Assembly: GCA_964545385.1 (NCBI GenBank)
Contig: CAZJFG010000001.1
Coordinates: 40,365-104,364 of the forward strand
From: an uncultured Gammaproteobacteria bacterium
GTDB taxonomy: Bacteria; Patescibacteriota; Microgenomatia; UBA1406; GWC2-37-13
Direction: 5' to 3'
DNA: 64,000 nt
Below the pieces are notes generated by a model. The model saw only the letters and a program-made list of their open reading frames with translations. It had not been told where the DNA came from and did no database searches. The translations under genes were made by a program, and so were the position numbers. Of the stretch, positions 20,020 through 28,973 are shown one piece after another; position 1 is the first letter of the stretch, and every line of letters starts with the position of its first letter.

Positions 20020-23000
20020 TTTGTTGTTTTTGAGCTGTCAATCCAACAAGCTCAACTTTTGTACTTTCGCATTTGGGACAAATTGTCGTTGCTCGTTCAA
20101 TCACTTCGGTCTTAAATTTATTCGAACAGTTTTCACAAATAAATTCCTTAACTTTTATTTTATCGACATCGGGAACAGCAATCTTCTCAGTTTTTTCGAT
20201 ATTGAAAATAAATTCGTTTCCGTCAAAATCAACAGCTACCTGATCGCCCTGTTTGATTTTTTGCTCAATAATTAAACTTGAAATCGGATTTTCAATAAGT
20301 TTTTGTATCGCGCGCCGCAGTGGTCTTGCTCCATAGATTGGGTCAAATCCAGCACGAACGATTTCTTTGACGGCCGCTTCGCTATAGGTAAAACCAATCT
20401 CTTGTTCTTCAAGCAACTTGGTAATACCCTTAAATTGAAGTTTAACAATATCCATCATATGAGTAAACTTCAAAAGCTCAAAAATAATGACCTCGTCAAA
20501 ACGATTGATAAGTTCAGGTCGGAAAAACTGCCTAAGATCATTCATGACTTTTCCCTTAATCAGTTCGTACTTCTTTTTGTCAATCTCGTCATCGATCTTT
20601 CTTTTTTCCGTAACCTCTTTTTCAAGTGGAAAGTCTTTGCCGAAATACTCCTTCAAAGATTGCATCTTCCAGCTCTTTTCATTAGCCGTTTTTTCATAGA
20701 CATTGTCGCCGACAATTATTATTTCGGCACCCAAGGCCGAAAATGTATGAATATCCCAGTATCCGGTAGGAGGAGCTCCATAGTCTTTTAAATATCCTGT
20801 CTGCCACTCTTTTGAACTTGCTTTACGCATCCAGTAACGGTCTTTATAGCTGACAATTTCCATTTCTCCAGGATTAAAACTATGAGTTTTTATTTTCGCG
20901 GTCGGTAACTGTTCATCCGGCGCATCGGGAAGCGCATTAATAACAATATTTTCTTTAAAATAATCAATAAGGGTTGTCTCTTTCCAAGTTTTTGCGGTTG
21001 TTGAGGTTCGCATATAAACATTTCCACCTTTGGTAATTATCTCAACTCCTTGAGCTGAGATTGCATGGCTGTCAAAACCATGAATAGGAAAGTCACCCTT
21101 TTCTACTTCCTGTCCTGAAAAATAGTCAAGGAGCATTCCTTCTTTCCAAGACTCTTTATCGCGATCACGCTCAAAATATTTATTACCTATTGTTAAAATT
21201 TCCCGACCCCGTGGCGAAACCGTATATGTTGAAAGTGTGGGAGGCTCTTCAATCTCCATCTTACCGCTTTTTAAAATTTCGTCTTGAATAATTTTGGTCC
21301 CGATATTTGATGTACAGATAACAACAGTATTTTTGAAAGAGATTACATGACCTTTGTTGTCGGTCAATCGACCATCATCAAGAATCTGAAGTAATATGTT
21401 AAAAATATCGGGGTGAGCTTTTTCCACCTCATCAAACAGAACAACCGAATACGGTTTACGTCTTACAGCCTCAGTAAGCTTTCCTCCTTCTTCATAACCG
21501 ACATATCCAGGGGGCGCTCCCAAAAGCTTTGCCACTTCATGTTTTTCCATAAACTCGGTCATGTCAAATCGAATCATCGCTTCCTCCTGGCCAAAAAGAA
21601 TTTCAGCCAAAGTTTTAGCAAGCTCTGTCTTTCCAACACCAGTTGGTCCAAGAAAAATAAAACTTCCAATTGGTCTGGCATGAGATTTCAGTCCGGCTCG
21701 ACCACGGCGAACAGCCTGTGCAACGGCCGTTACCGCCACTTCTTGATCAATCAAACGCTCATGCATTGCCTGCTCAAGCGTTGCTAGTTTTTCCACCTCT
21801 GATGATGTGATTTTTGAAACCGGAACGCCTGTCCATCGGGAAACAATATCTTTTATGATCTCAATTGAAACAGCGCTTGTTGTTTGGCCTTTTTTCATAT
21901 CAAACTCGCTCTTTTTTTCCTTAAGACTCGCCTCAATATCGTCAAGCTTTGATTTCAAAATTCTTGCTTTTACCTTGTCACTGGTTTTTTCCGCCTCCTT
22001 TAATTCTTGAGTCAACTGAGCAATACGTTCTTCAATTGATCTAATTTCCTCAGGTAAAGAAATAAGGGGAAGGCGCACAGCCGATGCCGCTTCATCAATA
22101 AGGTCAACGGCTTTATCCGGCAAAAAGCGGTCACCGACATAACGCTTGGAAAATTTAACCGCCGCTTCAATCGCTTCATCTGGAATCTTAACCCGATGAA
22201 AAGCTTCATATTTATCTTTGGTCGATTTGAGCATTTTGATTGTTTGTTCAACACTTGGCTCCGGAACGATTACAGGTTGAAACCTGCGTTCAAGTGCCGG
22301 ATCCTTCTCTATATATTTCCTATACTCGGTTAAGGTAGTGGTACCGATCATCTGAAGCTCACCACGTGCCAGGGCCGGTTTTAAAAAGTTTGAAGCATCA
22401 AGTGATCCTTCACCTGATGCACCGGCGCCAACAATATTGTGAATTTCATCTATAAAAAGAATTATCTCTCCCCGGCTATTTTTTACTTCTTCAATTAGGT
22501 TTTTCATTCTTTCTTCAAACTCGCCCCGATGAGAAGCACCGGCTAAAATACTCATCAGATCAAGCTGTAAAATTCTTTTTTTCAATAATGGTTCGGGAAC
22601 CTGTTTTGAAACAATTTTTTGGGCCAGTCCTTCAACTACTGCCGTTTTTCCGACACCAGCCTCACCGACCATCACAGGATTATTCTTGGTTCTTCTGGAA
22701 AGGATATGGATCATTCGTTCAATCACATTGGAACGCTCGACAACAGGATCTAAAAGTCCTTGACTGGCTTTGGTTGTCAGATCAATCGTAAACTGCTCCA
22801 AAACGCTTTTTTTCTTGGCTGCTTCTTTCTGGTCTGCCTCTAAACCTTCTTTTTTGCCTGTAATTTTTTTGTTTAAAGCCTCTTTGGGTAGATTTAATTT
22901 GGCCAAAATCCGGGCACCAGCCCCTTCTCCTTCTTCATATAAAGCAAGTAAAATATGCTCTGGTGAAATAAACTCAAAACCAAGCTTCCGGGCCACAACC

Positions 23001-23617
23001 AACGAGTTGTCAAGAATTCTTTTGACTCGCGGTGAAAGCTGGGGAATACTGTTATTTGTCTCATGTTTATAAATCCGAGCAAGTTCGGTCTCAACTGTTT
23101 GCGGTTGAACTTTTACCTCAACCAGTAGATTGTAAATTTCCGAGTCTGATAAAAGACCGTGAAGCAAATGTTCGCTGTCAACAAATGTCGCTTTTAGCTC
23201 TTTGGCTTTGTTCTGCGCCGAAATAAAAACACGATTTGACCGCTGTGTTAAATGAGTCATCAGATCAAGTTCTGCTTTTTTCTTCTCCTCAGGAGTCTGA
23301 GAGGTAGAAACTGGAGGCTTGACGTTTGAAGTTTGATTATCCAATTTTAACTTTCCAGCATCTTGTGTTTGGTCGGCTTTAGGATTTAAGTTTTGGTTTT
23401 GAGTTTTGACATTTGAGTTTTGAGTTTGTATCGGCGGTGTTCCAATTCCCGAATAAGGCTTTATTCCACCGGGTGGCGTACCAATCCCACTGTAGCTTGT
23501 CGGTTGAGGTGGAGTCGTTTGTTGGATAGGAGGCTGAACAACTGGTTGTTGAGGAGCCCCTTGTTGATATAGAGTTGCATTGCTGTTTGGTTTTTTAATA
23601 AAATCAAAAAAGGCCAT
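19994..23617 (-). CDS. ClpC/ClpB-type two-ring AAA+ chaperone with a Q/P-rich N-extension, a large repeat insertion in NBD2 and a C-terminal zinc ribbon
   Basis: Clp_N repeats. NBD1 has [10 protein letters not shown] and [11 protein letters not shown]2 has [35 protein letters not shown] and GARPLRR. I place the start at ATG 23615-23617 (MAFFDF). The track's upstream extension to 23734 is hydrophobic junk overlapping the divergent gene. Confidence 0.9.
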   Translation of the reverse strand: MAFFDFIKKPNSNATLYQQGAPQQPVVQPPIQQTTPPQPTSYSGIGTPPGGIKPYSGIGTPPIQTQNSNVKTQNQNLNPKADQTQDAGKLKLDNQTSNVKPPVSTSQTPEEKKKAELDLMTHLTQRSNRVFISAQNKAKELKATFVDSEHLLHGLLSDSEIYNLLVEVKVQPQTVETELARIYKHETNNSIPQLSPRVKRILDNSLVVARKLGFEFISPEHILLALYEEGEGAGARILAKLNLPKEALNKKITGKKEGLEADQKEAAKKKSVLEQFTIDLTTKASQGLLDPVVERSNVIERMIHILSRRTKNNPVMVGEAGVGKTAVVEGLAQKIVSKQVPEPLLKKRILQLDLMSILAGASHRGEFEERMKNLIEEVKNSRGEIILFIDEIHNIVGAGASGEGSLDASNFLKPALARGELQMIGTTTLTEYRKYIEKDPALERRFQPVIVPEPSVEQTIKMLKSTKDKYEAFHRVKIPDEAIEAAVKFSKRYVGDRFLPDKAVDLIDEAASAVRLPLISLPEEIRSIEERIAQLTQELKEAEKTSDKVKARILKSKLDDIEASLKEKKSEFDMKKGQTTSAVSIEIIKDIVSRWTGVPVSKITSSEVEKLATLEQAMHERLIDQEVAVTAVAQAVRRGRAGLKSHARPIGSFIFLGPTGVGKTELAKTLAEILFGQEEAMIRFDMTEFMEKHEVAKLLGAPPGYVGYEEGGKLTEAVRRKPYSVVLFDEVEKAHPDIFNILLQILDDGRLTDNKGHVISFKNTVVICTSNIGTKIIQDEILKSGKMEIEEPPTLSTYTVSPRGREILTIGNKYFERDRDKESWKEGMLLDYFSGQEVEKGDFPIHGFDSHAISAQGVEIITKGGNVYMRTSTTAKTWKETTLIDYFKENIVINALPDAPDEQLPTAKIKTHSFNPGEMEIVSYKDRYWMRKASSKEWQTGYLKDYGAPPTGYWDIHTFSALGAEIIIVGDNVYEKTANEKSWKMQSLKEYFGKDFPLEKEVTEKRKIDDEIDKKKYELIKGKVMNDLRQFFRPELINRFDEVIIFELLKFTHMMDIVKLQFKGITKLLEEQEIGFTYSEAAVKEIVRAGFDPIYGARPLRRAIQKLIENPISSLIIEQKIKQGDQVAVDFDGNEFIFNIEKTEKIAVPDVDKIKVKEFICENCSNKFKTEVIERATTICPKCESTKVELVGLTAQKQQNGQQLHAN

Positions 23618-23651
23618 AGAATCATTATTAAAAATAATTAATGTTTTGTCA

Positions 23652-24803
23652 ATGAATAAAAAGATTATTTTTATTTTAAGCGGAGTCCTAATTTTTATTA
23701 TCGTTGTTACAATAATTCTTTCAAGCATTTCCAAAAAAACAAGTCAGACCGGAACAAATAGAACAAATCAAAAAACAAAAACAACCAGCTTGGCAACTAA
23801 CAGTGAAAAAAGCTTTACACCAACCACTCAAAGCCTGACGACGATTGAGGATAATACTAATTTTAAAGTTGAGTATTCACCTCAGACCAAAAAATATGTT
23901 GTTACCAAAAAAACAGTTTCGGCAGATGAGGCGGTTTCCGACTGGCTGACTGAAAATAATCTTTCAACCACATTAAACAATGTTTCGATTGTTGACAAAT
24001 CTGGAGCTTCGGACCTTGCGGCAAATCCCGAAAACAATCAACCAACCAATCTGTCTGACAGTTCAATATCCATCTCCCCGACTGTTTTTTCACTCTCACC
24101 AACAAAAACCGAAGACGAGCTTGCTTATGAAAATAATGCCAAGGTCTTGATTGATCTTTTAAACATTTTTCTAAACGGCGGATCAACAAGCGAAACAACC
24201 AGTCCAACTACCGATTCATCTTCTCTATCTCCAAGTTCAATTCTAACTCTTTCGCCAACAAGCAAAAAAACCGCCGGTTCAGCATCAACAAAGTATGTTT
24301 ACTATGCCCAGTGCGGAGGAAGTTTCGACAACTATGCCCTACCTTCTGGCTGTACTGTCTGTGTGGCCGGTTGCGGCCCAACAACCGTTGCCATGATCGT
24401 CGCTTCCTATATCGACAAAAGTGTTACGCCAAAGACCGTGGTCGACCTTTACAGACAAAAAGGATATTTTTTAGGCTGTGCCGGTTCACGGACAACAGAC
24501 GCCAAAGCAGCTCTTGCTTCATATGGTGTTAAAACAACTGATTACATGACATTCAACTATGCGACAATAGATACGGCGGCTTCGGAGTTCAAAAATTACC
24601 TTAACAACGGCTGGACAATCTTTGTTCTGACCAGTTTTTGCGACAGCGGCTGCGGCCATTTTTTCTGGATTACAGCCCTTGGAGGCGACAACGCCACCTG
24701 GGCCTACGATCCTTATTATGGAAAAAGCCAGACACCACCGATTAATGAAAAAACTCGTTACCCGTTTCCAAAGTACCGGATTGCGTTTGGAGTTAAAAAA
24801 TAA
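23652..24803 (+). CDS. Membrane-anchored S/T-rich protein with C-terminal papain-like (peptidase C39-like) domain
   Basis: I place the start at MNKKIIFILSGVLIFIIVV (23652). C-terminal YYAQCGG...VAGCGPTTVAMIVASY (catalytic Cys context) and a downstream GCGHFFWITA (His). Confidence 0.7.
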   Translation: MNKKIIFILSGVLIFIIVVTIILSSISKKTSQTGTNRTNQKTKTTSLATNSEKSFTPTTQSLTTIEDNTNFKVEYSPQTKKYVVTKKTVSADEAVSDWLTENNLSTTLNNVSIVDKSGASDLAANPENNQPTNLSDSSISISPTVFSLSPTKTEDELAYENNAKVLIDLLNIFLNGGSTSETTSPTTDSSSLSPSSILTLSPTSKKTAGSASTKYVYYAQCGGSFDNYALPSGCTVCVAGCGPTTVAMIVASYIDKSVTPKTVVDLYRQKGYFLGCAGSRTTDAKAALASYGVKTTDYMTFNYATIDTAASEFKNYLNNGWTIFVLTSFCDSGCGHFFWITALGGDNATWAYDPYYGKSQTPPINEKTRYPFPKYRIAFGVKK

Positions 24804-24915
24804 TTTTCAATTTTTAAGTACCAATTTTCAATCAATTTATAATTAATTAATAATCAATAAAAAATTAATTTATTGAAAATTCATTGAAAATTGAAAATTG
24901 AAAATTGTAAATTTA
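24802..24915. repeat. Long imperfect AT-rich palindrome built from (TTGAAAATT)-type sub-repeats
   Basis: Left arm AATTTTCAATTTTTAAGTACCAATTTTCAATCAATTT. Right arm TTATTGAAAATTCATTGAAAATTGAAAATTGAAAATTG is its imperfect reverse complement. It fills the intergenic spacer. Confidence 0.65.
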
Positions 24916-24919
24916 TAGT

Positions 24920-25375
24920 ATGGATAAACAAAAACAAACTTTACTAATAATCGGCCTAGTTGTCCTTTTGGGATTTTTATCCATTATGGTCCTTGTTCTG
25001 CAAACCAAGAAAAACAATAAAGGGACGGACAAAACTGAAAACACAGTTGTTGCTACACCTACATCTGTTGAAAATATTTTTGAGGTTCCCTCGGTCTCAC
25101 CCGGCCTCTCACCAACCGATATTCCGGTCTCCACTCAGACCGGCGCCCTAGACGAATCTCTACCTGACACAACTCAAAATCTCGCCACCCAGAAACAAGA
25201 ACTAAAATCCAAGCTTCCCATAAATAACAATAACTTCGTCATTGTTTTTGATTACTCAGTCGACCAGTTCATCGTTACCTTAAAATCCCCAAAGGACACC
25301 AACAAGACGGTCTTTGAAGACTGGTTGGCCGAAAACTACCCCGCAATCCCGATAGACAGATTTACAATAAAATGA
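24920..25375 (+). CDS. Membrane-anchored hypothetical protein
   Basis: N-terminal TM (LLIIGLVVLLGFLSIMVLVL), a P/T/S linker and a small C-terminal domain. Confidence 0.6.
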   Translation: MDKQKQTLLIIGLVVLLGFLSIMVLVLQTKKNNKGTDKTENTVVATPTSVENIFEVPSVSPGLSPTDIPVSTQTGALDESLPDTTQNLATQKQELKSKLPINNNNFVIVFDYSVDQFIVTLKSPKDTNKTVFEDWLAENYPAIPIDRFTIK

Positions 25376-25383
25376 AAACTGGA

Positions 25384-25432
25384 GACTTGATGCTAGAATC
25401 TAGATATGATGCTAGAAATTTGAAGCTAGAAG
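25384..25432. repeat. Family-1 hairpin element, left arm (flanks four-helix-bundle gene)
   Basis: CTTGATGCTAGAATCTAGATATGATGCTAGAAATTTGAAGCTAGAAGG. Its ends are reverse complements of the ends of 25815..25868. Confidence 0.65.
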
Positions 25433-25789
25433 GTTTGCCAATTTCTTTTAAGTTTCGTTAATTTTCTACCTAAAATATTATATCTATTTACAAGATTATC
25501 GCAAAATTCTTTTTTCCAATATCTTAAATCTCTAGCAATTTCAATATGCACCTCCATTTCATTAGCAGAACCAATGCAAATATCTAGGTGTTTTTTAAAT
25601 TCTTTTTCATGATTCCTTTTAGACCAACCTTCGGCAATATTGGCTGGTATTGATTTTGGAACCTTTCTCATCTGGGAAATTAAATCGTTTTTTTTCAAAA
25701 AAAGGGAGTTTAACTATTTCTTGGTGGATTAAAATCATTAGCTGATATGATTCTTGATAAACTTCAAGATCACGAAATGACTTGATCAT
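25426..25789 (-). pseudogene. Four-helix-bundle protein (23S rRNA intervening-sequence protein / Avd family), split by a 1-nt frameshift in an A8 run
   Basis: ATG at 25787-25789 gives MIKSFRDLEVYQESYQLMILIHQEIVKLPFFEKK. The family continues as NDLISQMRKVPKSIPANIAEGWSKRNHEKEFKKHLDICIGSANEMEVHIEIARDL in the frame of track ORF 25426..25698. The two frames differ by 1 nt at T7-G-A8 (25688-25703). Confidence 0.75.
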
Positions 25790-25814
25790 AAATAAATGAT
25801 AACAGACTTATCAA

Positions 25815-25868
25815 ATTTCCAACTTCTAGCCTCGTTATCCAGTTTCAAGTATCTAGCCTCAAGCTTCC
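25815..25868. repeat. Family-1 hairpin element, right arm
   Basis: CCAACTTCTAGCCTCGTTATCCAGTTTCAAGTATCTAGCCTCAAGC. The terminal TCTAGCCTCAAG pairs with CTTGATGCTAGA of the left arm. Confidence 0.65.
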
Positions 25869-25905
25869 CATTGACCATGAACGATATTTCCGCTACTATG
25901 AATCT

Positions 25906-27609
25906 ATGTTCTCTTTTTTAAAGAAAGTATTCAGTATCACTAAAAAAGTCTTTCTTGTAATTGCTGTTTATTTTACCATCATTAGTCTTTTCATGTATTT
26001 TTTCAACAAAGAAAAACCAAAAACAACCTACGACCCTATCCAAAAAAATAGACAAGAAATATACAAAGTTATTAACGATAAAAAAATTGCATCGACAAAA
26101 GAAGGAAGAACAATATTGAAAATCTATCGGGCGGTTATGTGTTCGTTTATCGGCGAAGCCTGTACAGATAACCCTGAAGATGGAGACAAAAATTTTAATA
26201 AAAGTATTTTAGGTCGAACTAGTAACTTGATAACTCTTACTTATTCAAATCCACCGGCATCAGGTGTCTACTGGGCTTATTCTAGTCTGGAAAACGCAGG
26301 ATTTATTCCAAAAACCTATGCGGCCGAAGGCTTGGGATTCAACGCACTAAAACCTTTTATGAATATCTGGAAGGTATTTCGAGATATTTGCTATATGCTT
26401 CTTGTAATTGTTCTTATTGCCATTGGTTTTATGGTCATGTTTAGAACAAAAATTAATCCCCAGACTATAATTTCTGTGGAAAATGCCCTTCCAAGAATCG
26501 TAATTTCATTAATTCTTATTACCTTTTCTTTTCCAATCGCCGGTCTACTGATTGATTTAATGTATGTATTTATTGTTATAGCAATTGCCATTCTTGGTAA
26601 TAAAGGTAATTTTTTTAATATTACTGAGTTTCAAAATAAATATCTTGGGGCAAACTTTTTTACAATAGGCACTGGTCTTTTTCCTCTTGGTTTTTTTACA
26701 ACTATAGGAAGACTTGCGAACTCAATAGTTGCTTTATTACCAATAATTATAAACCAATTCCTAAGACTAGCCTTGGGAATTACGGGTTCAATTTTATTGA
26801 TGCAGCTTTCACACCCAATATTTAGCACACTTAGTTCAATAAATGAAACTGTTAGTGGGAATATAGCGACTGAACCCGTTGGAGGAATATTTGAAATTTT
26901 TATAGAGGGAATTATTTCCGTTTTATTAGGAATTGTTGGTTTTGGATTGGGCTATACAAGTTTAACTATTGTTGTTGGTATCTTAGTATTTTTTACTTTT
27001 ATATTTACACTTTTCAGAATTTTTTTTCTTCTTTTTTCTTCTTATATAAAAATTTTCTTGATGGCGATATTCTCGCCTTTTTTCGCCCTTTTTGAGGCTA
27101 TTCCTGGCAAAAACAGTTTTAGTTATTGGTTAAAAAGTCTTTCTGCGGAAATTTTTGTCTTTCCGATTGTTATTATCTGCTTTGCCCTTTCTTATTTAAT
27201 TATTAATATACTTCCTCTAAATGGTAATATTTGGCAACCTCCTTTTTTGACACAGCTTGACCCAGAAGCGTTTACGACACTTCTTGCGATTGGTATTTTA
27301 TTTTTAATTCCCGATATCGTTAAGCTTGTCAAACAGATGTTTGGAATAAAAGATACACCGATTAACCTTGGAGTTGGGACATATTTTGGTGGAGCAGGTG
27401 CTGCAATAGGTGGAACTCAAGGAGCTATGAGTGGTCTTTCATCCCTTTCACAAATGCCGTTTATTGGTTTGAAAATTAGACAGGCAGCTTTGAATAGACC
27501 AGATGACAAACCTGGCTTCTGGGGCACCCTATTCCCGGTATCTATAGCTGAAAAATACTACAATCAACAACTACAGAATGCTAATAAAGAAGCTAAAAAA
27601 AATGGATAA
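25906..27609 (+). CDS. Large polytopic membrane protein (possible TrbL/VirB6-like; function unassigned)
   Basis: 567 aa with at least 9 hydrophobic helices and a Gly-rich C-terminal segment GGAGAAIGGTQGAMSG. I recognise no enzymatic motif. The VirB6-like suggestion rests only on topology and pilin-like neighbours. Confidence 0.6.
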   Translation: MFSFLKKVFSITKKVFLVIAVYFTIISLFMYFFNKEKPKTTYDPIQKNRQEIYKVINDKKIASTKEGRTILKIYRAVMCSFIGEACTDNPEDGDKNFNKSILGRTSNLITLTYSNPPASGVYWAYSSLENAGFIPKTYAAEGLGFNALKPFMNIWKVFRDICYMLLVIVLIAIGFMVMFRTKINPQTIISVENALPRIVISLILITFSFPIAGLLIDLMYVFIVIAIAILGNKGNFFNITEFQNKYLGANFFTIGTGLFPLGFFTTIGRLANSIVALLPIIINQFLRLALGITGSILLMQLSHPIFSTLSSINETVSGNIATEPVGGIFEIFIEGIISVLLGIVGFGLGYTSLTIVVGILVFFTFIFTLFRIFFLLFSSYIKIFLMAIFSPFFALFEAIPGKNSFSYWLKSLSAEIFVFPIVIICFALSYLIINILPLNGNIWQPPFLTQLDPEAFTTLLAIGILFLIPDIVKLVKQMFGIKDTPINLGVGTYFGGAGAAIGGTQGAMSGLSSLSQMPFIGLKIRQAALNRPDDKPGFWGTLFPVSIAEKYYNQQLQNANKEAKKNG

Positions 27610-27702
27610 AACTTACTTTAAACTCTTAAAATAACAATTTTATTTAATTTAAGTAAAATGTTTAACTTATTCTTTTAAGCAATTGTGTCCTTAATAAATA
27701 AT

Positions 27703-27873
27703 TTATTGTTTTTTTGCATCTTCTGTAGAAACATAAAGAGCTTTTGCAAAATCACCAAGTTTAATTTTTCTTGATTTATTTTTTCTTACAAATCCATACA
27801 TATTTTTATCAATTGTCACTTGTGATTTTCCATTAAAAAGCAATCTACCAAATTTTTCTTCTCGGATGAACAA
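27703..27873 (-). CDS. Small PqqD-like (RiPP recognition element-like) ORF, TTG start, tentative
   Basis: Own translation gives (M)FIREEKFGRLLFNGKSQVTIDKNMYGFVRKNKSRKIKLGDFAKALYVSTEDAKKQ*. The pattern resembles PqqD-family peptide chaperones. It sits immediately downstream of the radical SAM gene. There is no ATG, and it is below the ORF-track length cut-off. Confidence 0.3.
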   Translation of the reverse strand: MFIREEKFGRLLFNGKSQVTIDKNMYGFVRKNKSRKIKLGDFAKALYVSTEDAKKQ

Positions 27874-27908
27874 ATTTGGTATAAATTTATAAAAACTATT
27901 TGGGTTTA

Positions 27909-28719
27909 TTAAGTCTGTTTGGGATAAAGAATAGTTGTGTAAAAAATCAGGTTTTCTTGAAAAATCGGCGTAAAGATCAGATTCTTTTCCATTTTTTCCC
28001 AGGTTTTATTAAGCCCATCAAATATATTTCCATATGTTAAAGAAAGATGTGGACAAGGTCTTATTGGACCATCAATCCCGATAATGATCAAGTTTCTTCC
28101 GGCACTGCATCTTTTTGCGCCAAAGAAATCATAATCATTTTGATTGTCAAAAAGACAAATCGGATAAGAAGTTAACGTATCAACCTCAATTCTGATTTCT
28201 TCTTTGATTCGTTTTAATTCATCGAGGGCATATCTAATTTGAGCAGGGGTCAGAGCGAACATACTAAAATCCTTACAAGGTAATGGTCTGCAAGCTTTTG
28301 TCGCTGAAAATTTAGAAGTTTCTAGTTCTTTTGCTAGTTTTGCTATTTTAAATAGATGATTTAATAACTTAATTTTTTTGGCGATTTCGTCGGTCAGTAA
28401 TGTTAAGTTAGAATTAATATTTGTTTGAATACTTTTTTTTGTTAAACGAACAAGGTGAGGATAAATATCATTCGGTAATAATTATTTTGTAAACTTGATT
28501 TTTTATTAACTCATCGACTATTTTTTTATATGTATTTTTAATTTTATTTTTATTAACGATGAGTTTTTTTGTTTCCGTGCTTCTCCAATAGTTATAACAA
28601 TACAAACAATTATGATTACAGTTATCCGTAACTTCCCAATGAGTATAAAGAAGACTTTTTAAAGTAATTAGACTTTGTTGTATAATCATTAATTTACAGA
28701 GCAATTGCAACTTACGCAT
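27909..28719 (-). pseudogene. Radical SAM peptide maturase with SPASM/Twitch-type C-domain, disrupted at the GGE motif
   Basis: Fragment 1 (28468..28719) has the CNHNCLYCY (CX3CX2C) cluster and ends ...VYKIIITE* where GGEP is expected. The reading frame continues in another frame from 28481 (LLPNDIYPHLVRLTKK...INSNLTLLTDEIAKK...) into fragment 2 (27909..28262). Fragment 2 carries CSAGRNLIIIGIDGPIRPCPH...YGNIFDGLNKTW. Confidence 0.75.
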
Positions 28720-28837
28720 GAATCACAAGAATAATAATGACAGTCGCAAGGAAATCTTAAACCGCCTAAATCTTACAGTAAATCCTCTAGCTTGTTTTTC
28801 TTTTAATATTTTTTTCTTTCTTTTCTGTCTTTCTCAT
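28689..28837 (-). pseudogene. Remnant of a Cys-rich RiPP precursor (SCIFF/ranthipeptide-like)
   Basis: Own translation of 28692-28772 gives DLGG-LRFPCDCHYYSCDSCVSCNCSVN, then TAA overlapping the ATG at 28687-28689 (TAATG). Upstream in the same frame is KKNKLEDLL followed by TAA. A Lys-rich leader MRKTEKKEKNIKRK lies in a neighbouring frame. Confidence 0.4.
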
Positions 28838-28973
28838 CACGTTACTCTTGTTCTTTTCTTTTTTTTCATTTTCAGCGTCTATCGCAGCTTGTTTCGCAGC
28901 ATTTATTCCGTTAAGAATTATTTTCAATCTTCTGAAGACATATGACAACATTATAATTTCCTTTATTATCAAC

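Noticed and set aside
23618-23734. The upstream 39 codons of the ClpC-like ORF, and the first 24 codons of ORF 23580..24803.
   Set aside because: The two extensions overlap each other on opposite strands. Both genes have better internal starts: MAFFDF at 23617, and MNKKIIF with a TM helix at 23652.
24860-24915. Possible CRISPR array, from the repeated GAAAATT units. Similar tracts occur at 33601-33660 and 35074-35163.
   Set aside because: The repeat period is only 7-8 nt, there are no unique spacers, and no cas genes are present. These are low-complexity palindromic elements.
28718-28945. Plus-strand 75-aa ORF opposite the RiPP-precursor region, and the 65-aa minus-strand ORF 28787..28984 taken as an intact gene.
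   Set aside because: The plus-strand ORF is poly-F/L antisense junk. The 65-aa ORF is Lys-rich and low-complexity. It is more plausibly the frameshifted leader part of the Cys-rich precursor than an independent protein.
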